Shown in pieces: positions 36,925-50,135 of a stretch of DNA of 64,000 nucleotides; the stretch's first letter is position 1, and each line of letters starts with the position of its first letter. The position numbers and the translations under genes are program-made. The DNA is taken from the NCBI GenBank assembly GCA_964016885.1, contig OZ024745.1, positions 57,660,001 to 57,724,000 of the forward strand. The letters run 5' to 3'. The stretch is from Eledone cirrhosa. Its lineage: Eukaryota. A model generated the notes under the pieces. The model was not told the origin of the DNA. It ran no database searches and saw only the letters and a list, made by a program, of their open reading frames with translations.

Positions 36925-38346
36925 CCTGTTTCATCTTGCGGATTTTCCAACTGGAGTGAATGGGTTACTGCCGAAAAACGGAAGGCATTATAAATCACGT
37001 CGATTGTGCAGATACTATTGCAAACAAACTCTGAGCAAACAGAGAACGTTGAGACAGAGGGGAGATTGTTCAGTGCACCAGTTTCTGATTCAGGTGTTGA
37101 ATGCTGCGGGCGAAAGCGGCTTTGTGTGGAGCCGGGTAGCAGAAAGACCCCTTGGTTCAATCAAGATGTCAAAGATGCCATCCGTGCAAAGAAGGAGGCT
37201 CACAAAGCTTGGCTTGCAAATAGGTCCTCATCCTTGCATATGCGGTACAAGCAGACACGAGAAATTGCAGCAGATACAGTAAGCGTCCAAACATGGGATG
37301 ACTTCGGGGATAAGCTGGAGCCCAACTTCAGCTGAGCAAATAAAGTATTCTGGTAGACTATCTCGCGACTTTGTAATAAGAAGCCTCCCCATCCCCACCT
37401 GCTACCAAGAACGCGTCTGGTGTTCTCTCCTCAGAGAGCTGCACCTTCGCGAAATGGACAGAATACTTTTGCTGATTTGCTATATCCGATCATAACAGCA
37501 TCTTTGGATGTACATTTGTGTTTTGTCGACCTCAAAAAGGCTTATGACCGCATTCCTCGGGACCTGTTGTGGATGGCTGTACTTGAGCAAAGGATTGGTG
37601 GCTAGCTTCTTGCCGCCCTGATGTATCTATACGAATGCCAGAGTATTTGTGTTCGGATAAATGGTGCTAAATCGAAATCATTCAATGTGTGATTCGGACA
37701 CTCCCTATGGTGCGTACTGTCTCCGCCCCTGTTCGTTATTTACATAAACAGGATTGACATGCGCAGCCTGAGATGGAAGTGGTGTCATGATTGGCTGGTA
37801 TAAAATCATATGACATATAAAAGCAGACGACATGTTGTTAGTTACTTCGATAGAAGGTGATCTTCGACTTGCACAAGATTGGTTTGATACCGAGTACTAC
37901 ATGGCTGGAATGAAAATCAGTGCTGCGAAAACCGATAGACACTCGACCCCTCAAAGAAGCCTGAACAGTGCACTCTACATGTGTATGGACTTCCACTGAA
38001 GCAGGTAGGGGGGTTCAAGTATCTTGGGGCCGTGTGCAAGAGTAATGGCAGAGAGAAGACTGAATTAAGTGCGAGGATTGCAGGAGCTGGTGCATCATTC
38101 AGTATTCAAAAGAAGGGTTAGGGTTAGTGTTAGCCACACTCGCTATCTTCAATTTGGTCCATGCCAACTTTTATCTATGGTCATGTGTCTTAGATAATGA
38201 CCGACAGAATACGATCACGAATAAATGAGGCCGAAATGGGTTCCTCCGTAGGGTCTTTGAAGTAACGTTATTCGATAAAGTTCGGAAATCAGATATTCAC
38301 TCCAGGCAGAGCAGCTACTTCCCCGCATTGAGAGGTCACAACTCCG

Positions 38347-38350
<4 letters not shown>
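36925..38350 (+). mobile_element. Decayed RTE-clade LINE remnant
   Basis: KTPWFNQDVKDAIRAKK, CFVDLKKAYDRIPR, CVLSP, FKYLG, PTFIYGH; many stops and deletions. Confidence 0.8.
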
Positions 38351-38387
<37 letters not shown>

Positions 38388-38494
38388 CTTAGTTAAGCAA
38401 GACAAGACCACACATCTCACAAGGAAGACATTATTAAAAGATTGTCAACATATTTTAGTTTGATGTAAGGAATGTAGAGAATAATAATAATAAT

Positions 38495-38610
38495 ATTAAT
38501 AATAATTGTTTCTACTTTAGGCACAAGGCCAGCAATTACACAGTACATTACTGGTACTTTATTTTATCGACCCCGTAAGGATGAAAGGCAAAGTTAACCT
38601 CGGCGGGATA
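38495..38610 (-). mobile_element. SINE 3' fragment (OK-like)
   Basis: Same core as the other SINE copies. Confidence 0.85.
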
Positions 38611-38729
38611 ATAATAATGTCCGTTTACAACTGTTTCGCTACTCTTGGCTTCTAACTAATTCACCAATCTCTCCTCTCATATCTCTCCTCTCCTATCTCC
38701 ATCTCTCTCTTTAAGATTGGTTACTCTTG

Positions 38730-38792
<63 letters not shown>

Positions 38793-38793
38793 G

Positions 38794-39226
38794 TACTCAT
38801 CATGCTTGCCAAGCATGTGGTAGAGAATGTAAATCAGCAGGATGGCTCAAACGACATGCAAAAGTACATGAACTCTAACCACAGCCGGCTATTCCCAGTT
38901 TTGGTTGCCAACTCTGTGGAAGACATTTTAGATCATTGGCTGGGCTAAAAAGCCACATTCGATCGGAGCGCTGTTAATTGTTATCGTGTGTGTGTGTGTG
39001 TAGATATGTTTATGTGCGTGCGTGTGTGTGTATATATATATATGTATATTATTATTATTGTTGTCATTATTATTATTGTTGTTATTATTATTATTATTGA
39101 TATCATTATGGGTTTTTTTCTAGTGCAATGGCCATACTCGATATCGAGGGGGCAGCCATCATGTATGTATGTATGTATGTATGTATGTATGTATGTATGT
39201 ATGTATGTATGTATGTATGTATGTAT
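38794..39226 (+). mobile_element. 3' end of the RTE/BovB-like family (last two zinc fingers, 3' UTR, (ATGT)n tail)
   Basis: Homologous to the reverse complement of 12093-12820. Confidence 0.9.
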
Positions 39227-40058
39227 GTGTGGGTGTGTGTGTGTGTCATAATTCGTTATATGCACTAATAAACATTTTTTTTTTATTAAACACAATGAGA
39301 CATCTTTAAAAAATAATACCGATATTTAGATATATATGTACATATCTCTATTTGGTCTCATTTTTTAAAAGTTATATATCGCTCTAATATGCCCAGTCAA
39401 TAATACAACAATGTAGTTGGTCAGAAAATTACTTTTGATGATTCGTCTATTGGTATTTACATGTTCTAGCTAAAAAATAATTTCACTGTATAGGATAAGC
39501 TCTGTCGTCTATTTTTGTGTCCACATGTTGATGCTTCAGATCCAATTACCACAACACGTTACTAACAACGTGTTACATCCTAGCTTTAGAGAAACCAGTT
39601 TCTATAGAAAAAATGAAACGAAGTATATACATATTATAATTTTTCAATTACAGAACTGTGTTCTGGTTTGGTTATGGTAAAATTAACCATTACTTTTGAT
39701 TAATGTAAACGCATGTACTGATAATATTAAATGTCAATGTCTGGTCAAGTTGAAAAATAACATTTTTCTGGGCATTAAGTCTATTGGCTCCAGTTATACA
39801 CTAAAGGAATTCTCCAGGAATTATGGCGACTGAAACAAATATTAGTCATATTTGAGTATTGGAATGGATGCTATTTCATTATATTAATTTTACATGTAGA
39901 TTATGTGAAATAAATTGTTATAAAGACAATTTCAGCTGAGAATAATATGCATTATGTTATCTTTGTCTACTATCTTTTTCTGATAAAACAATCAACATTG
40001 TCAAATGCGTTAAAGACGACACACCATTATGACGGATCCAAACAAAGTAGATTCCCCA

Positions 40059-40109
<51 letters not shown>

Positions 40110-40323
40110 GGCGACCTATGTAGTAAATCGTATCATCGTGAGCTCCGCAAAGGTTTGTTATTTTCAGTTGTTTAAAATTGCAATTTATGGAAAGGTTTTA
40201 TTGTTAACTGTATATAAGTGCACATTGATTTCTGAAAAGGACACTCAAAAATATTGGGGCCTTGAGCCCAAAATTTAAACTTTTTATAATTATCAAACAA
40301 AAAACAAATTTCTTTGAAAAATC

Positions 40324-42232
40324 ATGGAAGACTCAGAGTCACTCCTTCCTCACAAACTAACACCTCACACCGACACCACCATTGTAAATATTACTACGTT
40401 TGCCAACACTAAAAATATAAGCAGTAGCAATATTTTAAATTTGTCTCAGCCAGACATTCATTTCCCGCCATTACCAATGACTGAAGGTGTTAAAGTCGCC
40501 ACCCCCACCACCACCACCACCACCACAGCGACAACAGAAACAAAAGAAAAAAATAAATTAACCCGTGATATCGAAATGAATTCAACCAAAATGAACTCTT
40601 CCACACCGAACACCACTGACGCCACCACCACCACAACTGAAACTAAAATTAACAATAACAAAAATAACGATAACAACAACAGCAACAATGAAATTAAGAA
40701 AACTACCCTGAGTTTTGCCAGAGTAGCAAAAACGTGCGAAGCGATCCAGGTAACTCAGGAGGAATTAGAAGAAGCCAAAAGAATGGTAAAGAAAGATGGG
40801 TACAGGGTCAGCCTCACCCCCTCGCCCACCTAATAAAATGGAGCATCGTCGCCTATGCACCGTGTCTTATCGGACAATTAACATAAAATCGCGCCGAGTG
40901 GAACGGGCATCCGAAATCAAAAAAGCTTTGGGACATGTGTGGGCAAAAAAAACACACATCAGACGTGGGCAGAAATATGGAACCGTGGACGTGTTCTTTC
41001 AAACACCACAGGAGGCCAGAGAACACTCCATGGCCCCATTAAGAAGTGACGACTTCACACTCGTCCCAAGCTATTGTGGCCAGAGACTTGTGAAGATCAG
41101 GGTGACCCACGTTCCACCGGCCATCGAAATTCCCTGGCTAATGGCTGCCGTCCTCGCCGGGATCGAGGCCAACACCAAGATAATCGAAATAGCGAAAGAA
41201 AAGCAGGAAACTGGTCCGGGTCTGGGATGGAGCTCCTGATCCAAGCGGATCATAAAAGCATTGAGGAGATCCCAGAGGTAATAGACCTCACTGAGGGCAG
41301 CCACCGCACCGTAATCGTCGAGGGCAGAAGGCCTAGGTGTGTCGTTTGTGGTGAAGGAACCCACCTATGGGCTTTCTCCCCTCAGGCTAAAAGGTTTAGG
41401 CCACCTCTCTTACCCACCCCAGTGACTCAACCATCGACACCACCAGCAGCAGAAATGGCAGCAACAACAGAAGCAACTGTAACAGCAACAATCCCAGCAA
41501 CGGTAGCAAAACCAACACCACCACCACCCAACGCACCAGAACTGGCACCAGCGCCTACACCATTCACCACGCCACAACCAACACCAACGCCTGTGGAGGA
41601 TTTTCCACTCCCCGGTTTATCGCAACTGGAGACAGATTGTGACGACGAGGAGTGGGAAACGGTATCAGGAAAAAAGAAACCAAAAAAGAAAAAATCCTCT
41701 TCCTTCCCCCTCCAAAAACAAAATACAGAGGAAAACCAATAAATTATCAAACAAAAATGTTAGGACATATATGTCACCATCCACACCAGCATCACCAACC
41801 CCATCACCACAAACACCAACACCATCACCATCATTAACCCCAACACCACCATCACCAACACCACAAAAGTCACCAAAAATCGTAACAGAAACAAACCCAC
41901 AACAAACGCAAACAAAACAAAACAACCAAAACGATACACACTACACAGCATTAAAGTTGAACAACAACCAAATATTACACTACATGCAACACAACACCAG
42001 CATCACAGAAAAAGACTACACAACAACCCAAAAGTTCACACCACCTCCACACATACAAATCACTCGCATCACACAGAAAACGTACACGACACTAAGACAA
42101 AAATTCCCCAAAGACATCGGACACTTCCGACAAACACTCTCCAGGAGGATTTATAAGGACATCCTTCCGGAGGAGGCCACAAGCAGTGAAAAGTATGGAC
42201 AAACCATCCTTCCACTTCGAGAAGTAAGGTAA
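40324..42232 (+). pseudogene. Tx1-like ORF1 (frameshifted): RRM-like region, degenerate zinc knuckle, Pro/Thr-rich region, extra C-terminal segment
   Basis: TLSFARVAK, GTVDVFF..VKIRVTHVPP, VIVEGRRPRCVVCGEGTH, DEEWETVSGKKK. Pieces at 40324-40833, 40796-41239, 41074-41742 and 41639-42232. Confidence 0.7.
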
Positions 42233-42266
42233 GTGGTCTTTCCCATCTTTTCCACTCCATTTCAAC

Positions 42267-45200
42267 ATGACCTCATTCAGAATAGGCAGCATAAATGCGC
42301 GTGGCTTGGTGTCGTCATGGAAGCAGGGCCACCTGCTCAACGACCTCAGGTCACTAAACATAGATGTAGTGGCCATCAGCGAGACCAGAATCTCCGCAGC
42401 ACGGGAATTCGCACCGAACTTCGGCGGCTACGATGTATACGCATCTCCCAGCTGTCCGGGATCGGGGGAAGGATTTGATGTGCTTTTTCGGAGAGGTTTG
42501 GATCTCGCCATACGGGCCATCTTCCTGGACCCAGAAGGTAATTTGGTGGGGTTAGACGTGACCAGCGGAGACGTGCAAGCTTTCAGGCTAGTGGCTGTCT
42601 ATGCCCCGACAGGAGCAGGGCGGCCTGATTTCTTACGGCGTCTGGAGACCTTTCTTGGAACGTCCCGCTCTTTAGTGTTAGTGGGCGACTGGAACGGGAT
42701 CTTAGATGCACGCTGGGACTGTGTGGGATTAGCGGATAGGGGAGGAGGGTGCAAGAGCCTCACCAACCTGCTCAGGTGTTTTGAACTGTCTGACAGGTAC
42801 CGATTGGATTTCCCGAATGTACCAATGTGGACTTGGACAAATCGCATAAGGTCATCCAGATCATATCTAGATAGAGTATTTTGTAGGGAAATAGATAGGT
42901 CTAGCCTAGGCTGTCCACAATTCAAGATAGTCAGCTACACGGACCACAAATTCGTGATCTGTGTGCTTGACTTAGATAGGCTTCATAGACGAGGACCCGG
43001 CTACTGGAAGCTAAACGCGTCCTTACCAGCGCGCAAGGCCGACAGAGACCGGATTAGCGAACTAGTTAAGCGGGCGTTGACGGGGGCCATCGTCAACAAG
43101 TGGTGGTTTGCTCTAAAAAGAGCAATTAGAATAGAGTCCATTAGGTTTAGTAAGGCTTTATCAATAGAGAAAAATAGAGCAGTGGGAGAATTAGTTAGAA
43201 AATTAGACGAGGCGCTTAGCAAAGTCATCCCGACCGACGTACTTGCGGCGAAATTGGCCCTTGACCAATTCTTCAATGCAAAGCACGAAGGCTGCGTTGT
43301 CAGAGCTATGGTGCGTGCTCTCAGACACGAGGGGACGAAAGCCGTTCAATGGGCTCGAGTGGCGGAGGCGCGTCGTGGCAACAAATCCACGATCCGGTCT
43401 TCAGTGGACCACGACGGGCGCATGCTACTCGATCCCGGGCAAATGTGTGAAGCTTTTCAGCGACACTTCGCTCAGCTGTTCGGGGGAAGCGGCGGGCCGG
43501 ATCGAGGGATGGACTTTAGTGTCTATCTCGACCGACTGCCGCGGCTCTCGGCCACTGAGGCGGAAAAGCAGATAACAGTCGCTGAAGTACGGGAGGCTAT
43601 GAATAGCTGCACAAGGGATACATCGCCTGGTTTGGATGGTCTGCCCTATGAACTTTACGTACGTATGCCAGACTTGTACGGTGGCCTCTTGGCGGACGTC
43701 TACTGCAACTGGCAACAGAACGGGAGAATTGCCAGCTCAGTGAGCCGAGGAGCTGGTGGTCTGGTGGGAGAGGCGCAGACATGCGCCATTCCCGACAGAT
43801 CCATCCACGACAACGTCCACCTCATGCGATACATCGTAGAGAGGGTAGCCAGGGAACCTTGCACGGGTGGGTTCTTGATCAATTTAGATAAGTCGAAAAC
43901 TTTCGATAGGGTCGACCATCGTTACCTAGCGGCAGTCCTGAGGGCGGCTGGCTTTGGGCCCGTCTTCAGAGGCTGGATCGCTGCCATGCACAGCGACATC
44001 TGTTCTGTGGTCAGAGTGAACGGTCACCTTTCGGAACCGTTCAACATCATGCGCTCGGTCCGCTCTTGTACGTATTTACTCTCGAGCCATTACTGCACAA
44101 ACTGGAGACGCTGAGTGAGGTCCCGCGCGAACTAGGATGCGGAAGATCCTTGTCAGCATATGCGGACGATGTCACCGTAGTGGTGTCGAACGCCAAACAC
44201 ATCGAGGCGATCGGCACTACACTAAGAGAATACGAAGCGGTGACAGGAGCAATGATCAACCAGGAAAAGTCAGTGGGCCTGCAGCTCGGCACATGGAGAG
44301 TCAGGTCCATGCCGTCCAACAGTGTCGTCGGGCGCTGGACGGACGGACCAGTTAAATTGCTCGGGGTCTGGTTCGGTCCGGATCTCCAGACGGACAAAAA
44401 CTGGGACGAGGTGACGAGCAAGGTGGCTTCTCTCACCCAGAAATGGGCCGAGAGGAAGCTATCCCTGAAAGGTCGAGCGGAGGTGGCTAACGCTTATATC
44501 GCGTCCGACAACTACTACCGCCTGACCGTCGTACCTTGTCCTTAGCCCCGCCTGACTGCGCTGGAGCGTTTGCTCTTTCGCTTTTTGTGGAAGGGACGCG
44601 CTTCGATGGTCAGACGGTCCATCTGCTGTCAACACCCGTTACGTGGAGGGTTGGGAATGCCGTGGCTGATGATGCGCAGACACGCGCTCAGGCTACGACA
44701 TCTCCACCTCTTCCTCGACGGTGATCAGGTGTGGTCGCCGTTTGCTAGACGTGTCTTTCCCCAGCTCGTCTCCTTGACGGAGCTTCAGTCCTGGGTCAAG
44801 CGAAGACCGAGAGGGAGCGCTTGGAGACTGGAATGACTTCAGTCGCTCACAGCCCTCGACCAATCGGGCTATGTGATCGGTGAAACTCCACCTTGGCGTT
44901 CTATAGAGGATTGGTGGAGGGGAACAGCGACGATGTACTTGGGGAAACTCTAGGCGTCGACGAAAATCAACTAGCCAATCTCTTCGGAAGAACTTTCGGG
45001 CCGGGGCTTATGGACAACTTCCAGAAATCCCAGGCCTGGCAGTGCTACTGAGGAGCTTTGCCAGTTCGGGGTAAACTCTACAGGCATGGAGGTGCCGTCA
45101 GCCGGGCATGTCCGAGATGCGCGCAGGGCGACGAAACCGTCCTGCACGCACTCGTCCAGTGTCCGAGCATTGCTGACTTGTGGGTTTATGTCGAACACCT

Positions 45201-45525
45201 GCTGTCGCGTGTGGGACGGATCCGGCTATCAGCTGAGTCCATCGTGAAGATTGCTCCGCTCTGTTCCTTTAGCCGGGAAGGGCAGGCAGTTTTTATCTGT
45301 CTGGTGGCCATGTCGAAAGAGATAGTTTGGTGGACACGTTTGAAAGGGCTGAAGACGAGCACTTACTTCTTCGGTGATGCCCTGATTAACCTTTTCAAAT
45401 TTCATTTGAAAAGGAAAATCAGGGTAGAAAGGGAAGTGCTCTCTTTCCAGCATTTTGTTGAAAGATGGGTGAGCGAGGCAAGAATGGCCCGAGTGAAAGG
45501 GCCTACTTTGAGTATATGTCTGTAA
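42267..45525 (+). pseudogene. Tx1-like ORF2 (APE, RT, C-terminal CCHC), with internal deletions and stops
   Basis: SINARGL, AISET, VYAP, GDWN, WTW, YLDR, TDHK, GYWKLN; SPGLDGLPYE, DKSKTFDRVDH, YADD, GGLGMP; CPRC..ETVLHALVQC. Confidence 0.93.
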
Positions 45526-45786
45526 ATTAAATGTGGAAAACTGGGAGAGGGCACTTGCCTTGGTGGTCAGGTTCACTGTGGCTTTTTAATGGGCTTTCTG
45601 CACGAATGTCCCTCGGAAGTCTCCCCGCTATTGGGGAATTTTTTCATTGTTCTATTATTACAACCTCGCTTTCTTGTTTTTTACACGCAGAAATGCCCAT
45701 TTGTACCGTCCTGTATTGTCCTGTACTGTCCTTAATGTCTACTTTATGTAAACCCTTGTGGTTAATAAAGAAAGCATTATTATTAT

Positions 45787-45848
<62 letters not shown>

Positions 45849-46089
45849 TCATTATTATAGCAATAATTTCTGATTTAAGGAGAAGACTTGCAATTTATGA
45901 GAGAGGTTTTAGGTTACATAGGGATGAAAGGAAATTTTAACTCAGCAGGATTTGAACGTAGAACCTGACAATTTTTCATCAAATGCTACCTGGAATTTTG
46001 TTTCTTGTAATTTACAAGGAGAAATGTATATGGGCTTATCACAGACACACCAGTTCTGTTGATAATATCAGTCTTGTTATTTACAGTTC

Positions 46090-46198
46090 ACAGAATATGT
46101 TCACATGTGTTTTGACGTCAGTCTATTTCTAAATAGACTGATGTCAAAACACCTGAGAACATATTCTGTTTCTAAATAGACTGATGTCAAAACACCTG
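46090..46198. repeat. 80-bp near-perfect palindrome plus a 30-bp direct duplication
   Basis: 39-bp arms at 46090-46128 and 46131-46169 with 3 mismatches; tttctaaatagactgatgtcaaaacacctg is repeated at ~46169-46198. Confidence 0.9.
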
Positions 46199-46919
46199 TG
46201 TGCTTATAGTAAACTAACTTCGTCGATGGAAACAGCAGAATTGATTTATCACAGCAATGCATTAGTTATATTATCAGGAGTGTAAACAGTAAATTTGAAT
46301 TAATTTGAAAGGATGAATTACTCGATGTGCCATTCTAGTGATGTCATCTATACATTTTATGAGTAGGTGAAAATATTTTATACTTTGAGCGGATTATTTT
46401 GAACAAATTCTATTTAGCATATCATATGAATTTACATTCGTCAATCCCTTATACAATATTGAATAACAACCAATCAGTGTCCATCTACATATTTACAATG
46501 AAATGAGAATAATTGTAGCACAATTTGTATATATAACAGAATAGTATGGAACAAACGCCGTACTTAATTTCGTTAAATTTTAATTGTACTTCTTAATTAT
46601 TCAATATTGTGTACTGAAAAGCAGAATATATACAAAAAAGGTCAATACTCAGGTGAGTACTCAGGCTTAGCTATAATAAATGAATAGATAAACTCTACGT
46701 CGGTATTGAGTTTTCATTCTTACGTCCGTTAATAATTCATGTACCCTAATGTCTTGAAAAATCGTCCCCACCTCCTGCTTATCAATTTGTCAGATTTCCC
46801 CCACCCCGGTTTTTCAAAAAGGTTATAGTTGACAAAAGAAGAACATTACAATAAATCCCATATTTAGTAACGTACATTATACAATTACTGATTGTGATGT
46901 CTGTCACACAAAACTCTGT

Positions 46920-48060
46920 TTTAATCCTCCTCTCAGTATCTACTAAAACCAAAATCTACCACCTCTCTAAATCTACCACGACACCGCTTCTCTTATCCCA
47001 CTCTCTACTCTAAGAATAATACACTCTCCCACTCTCTATAAATAACTCCCAATACCCCTCTGTATATAAATTACCCCTAAATTCTCACCCTTTCTATATC
47101 TACTCCACAGCATACTCCCATCATCCCTCTCTGTACAACCACCAAATTCTGCCCCTCTCTATATCTACTGCATGGTACTCTCTTCCAATCCCACTCTCTA
47201 TATCAATAAACATCAATCCCTCCCCTCTCTATATCTAATATATAACACACTTTCCCAACCCCCTCTCTATATCAACCATACAACACCCTTTCTTATTTTC
47301 TTTCTCTCTCTATATCCATCACTACCAAACTTGCTTCCTCTCTATATATATCTATACCTATCTCTATCAATCCTCTCACTCTATTCCTTACCACCAAACT
47401 CTACACCTCTCTATATCAACCATACAACATACTCTCCCAATCCCCCTCTCTATATCAATTGACACCAAATTCTGCCCCTCTCTACATCTACTGCAGGGAA
47501 CTCTCTTCCAATCCGCCTCTCTATATCTATTTACACCAAACTCTCCCCCTCTCCATATATACTACACGGTACACTCTTCCATTCCCCCTCACTATATAAA
47601 TTGGCATCAAACTCTTTCCCTCTCTATATCTACTACCAAGGATCTCTCTTCCAATATCCTTCTCGATATCAATAAATATGAATCTCTCCCCTTCTCTATA
47701 TATAATATAGAATACACTCTCCCAATCCCCCTCTCTATATCAATTATCACTAAACTACCCCCTATCTATATCTACCATGCAACACTCCATCTCTCAATCC
47801 CTCTCACTCTATCCATCACTACCAAACTCTTCCCCACCCTTTATCTATCAATACATATCTCTATCAATCTTGTCTATTTATTACCACCAAACTCTCCCCC
47901 TCTCTATATTTACTACAGTGGTCTCTGTTCCAATCCCTCTCTCTACATCAATCATTGCGAAACTCTCCCCTCTGTATAACTACTACACGAAATTCTCTTC
48001 AAATTCCTCTCTCTATATCAATAAATATCAATCTGTTCCGCTCTCTATATCAATTACCAC
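46920..48060. repeat. Pyrimidine-rich degenerate minisatellite (core ccctctctatatc, ~30-bp units)
   Basis: Recurrent caatccccctctctatatc and caaactctcccctctc motifs. Confidence 0.8.
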
Positions 48061-48539
48061 TAATAGATGTGTGTTTTGGCAGTTTGGAGAGAAATATATA
48101 TATATATTGGGGTGCCATACTACCCCCATGCCGCGCCCTCATTATTATTGAGAGCCTGTTCCAATGTCCATTATGCTGTTAGTTCATCAGTAATGTCAAA
48201 CTTTATGTTTGTTTATTCTTGTCTTAATTTTGGAAATAAAATAGTATGAGGTAGTTCTTTTTGCTAGTACGGAGCGCTACCCAAAGATCCGGGCAACACT
48301 TCCAATTGCATGCGTAACGCAAGCATGAATTACAGGAAGAAAAAAAAAACTCAATACAGAACACCAAATCGCTTGTCCTATGGTTAATCAGGAAGTGCGT
48401 CCCTCCTGAAGGTGCCAATCTGTGGTTGAAAAGTATTCCTGTGGCATAAACTTTCCTCCAATTATGGACCTGGATGGCAACTTGAACGGGGATTGCCACA
48501 ACTCGAGCCCCCTCCTTTCACGCTCCAATACCCAAGCCA

Positions 48540-49530
48540 CCCAAATGGAGCACTAAGTTCTAAGTATATAAACATTCACTGTGGAATTTTCCATGGTGAG
48601 TCCATTTCACCCTTAATTTTTTGCATAGCTTTAATACCACTTACATCCGAACTCAATAAAACAGGGTATGCTTACAAAATTGCCAACAAGAAAATAAGCC
48701 ACTTATTTTATATGGATGATTTAATGATGTATTGCAGAGACAATGTCGAGCTGGAAGGCGTTTTGCGGACAGTTTAAACATTTAGTGATGGCATCAGGAA
48801 GGAGTTTGGAGTTAATAAGTGTGCCAAAGCCACTTTGAAGAAGAGGAAGCTTGTCAACCCAAACTCAGCTGAATTAGATGCTGAAACTGTCACAAAGGAA
48901 CTTGAGTAGGAACAAACTTGTAAATATTTAGGGATTAATGAGGGCTCTGGCATACAGCATGCAAGTATGAAAGAGTGGATAAGGAAGGAATATTACATGA
49001 GAGTACGCGCAGTTCTGAGATCAGAACTAAATGCTCATAACAACTTTTTAGCCATCAATTCTTCGACAGTTCCAGTTATCAATTGTATCTTCAGTGTTTT
49101 GAACTGGAATATAAGTGAAATTAAAAGAATCGACACCAAAATCCGTATGTTACTGAATTGTAACAGGATCCACAACCCGAAAGCAAATGTTGATCTTCTT
49201 TGCCTTCCTAGAACTGGAGGGGGCCGTGTCCTGATATAATTTGCACTTACCCACCTACTGGACTGGCGAAATACTCTGAAACAACAAATAATTGCACGCT
49301 GAAACTCGCTGAAGAACATGAGAGTAGTAAGAAGCTTCATTTAATCTTGAAGGAGAGCAAAATACATGCCACCGATCTCATGCTTGATACCCAGGTTCAA
49401 CAAACTAAGAAAACTATTGCAAATCATGCTGCTAAGCATATAAAATTAATGGTAAAAGCAAAAGGATAAAAACAATTAGCATCAAAGTGGTAGCAGAAAC
49501 CTCTGCATGGCAAATATTTGGCCCTAGCAA
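48540..49530 (+). mobile_element. Decayed R4/Dong-clade LINE RT remnant
   Basis: GIFHGESISPLIFCIAL, KISHLFYMDDL, KYLG, EYYMRVRAVLRSELN, LCLPRTGGGR, KPLHGKY. Confidence 0.82.
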
Positions 49531-49741
49531 ACAAGCAGAAAAGCAGTATGTAATATAACATATACTGAATCAAATATGTAATCCTCTACCCGCAAACCAC
49601 CCAGACAAAGATTTATTTTTCTATGCTATAAAATATTTACACTATTCACATGATACATGAATCAAATGACAGAGAGCGCAATATTACAAAATGTTATCCA
49701 CATCTTTCCAGTAAACATAATTAACAATAATTATCTTTGTA

Positions 49742-50135
49742 AGGGCGATGGTTTGGCAGTATCGGAAGAGCGTCAGACACCATGCTTTGCAGTATAGTTG
49801 TGGGCCTTTGCGTTCTGAGTTCAAATCCGCCGAGGTTAAAATTTCATCCCCACGAGGTCGATAAAATAAAGTACCAGTGATGCAGTGACGTAATCGCTGG
49901 CCTCGTACCAAAAGAGAAACTCTAAAAACAAAAATTATCATTTTAAGAGTGGTGAATTGGCAGTATCGGTAGAGGGTTGGACGCCATGCATTCTAGCATA
50001 GTTACATCCCTTTACGGTCTGACTTCAAATCCCGTCGAGCTTAACTTTGATTTTCATTCTTACGGGGTCGATAAAATAAAGTACCAGTAATGTACTGAGT
50101 AATTGCTGGCATTGTGCCAACAGTAGAAACAATTA
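49742..50135 (+). mobile_element. Two tandem full-length tRNA-derived SINEs (OK-like)
   Basis: A box TGGCAGTATCGG and B box G(A)GTTCAAATCC-like motif in each, with the shared core and tail. Confidence 0.88.

Larger units (their letters stand above)
40109..45775 (+). mobile_element. Full-length Tx1/L1-group LINE inserted in an (ATT)n microsatellite
   Basis: (ATT)n at 40059-40108, then 5' UTR, ORF1, ORF2, AATAAA at 45764 and (ATT)n/(AGT)n to ~45858. Confidence 0.92.

Noticed and set aside
49742-49830. tRNA-like A and B boxes
   Set aside because: This is the head of a SINE, with no complete cloverleaf.
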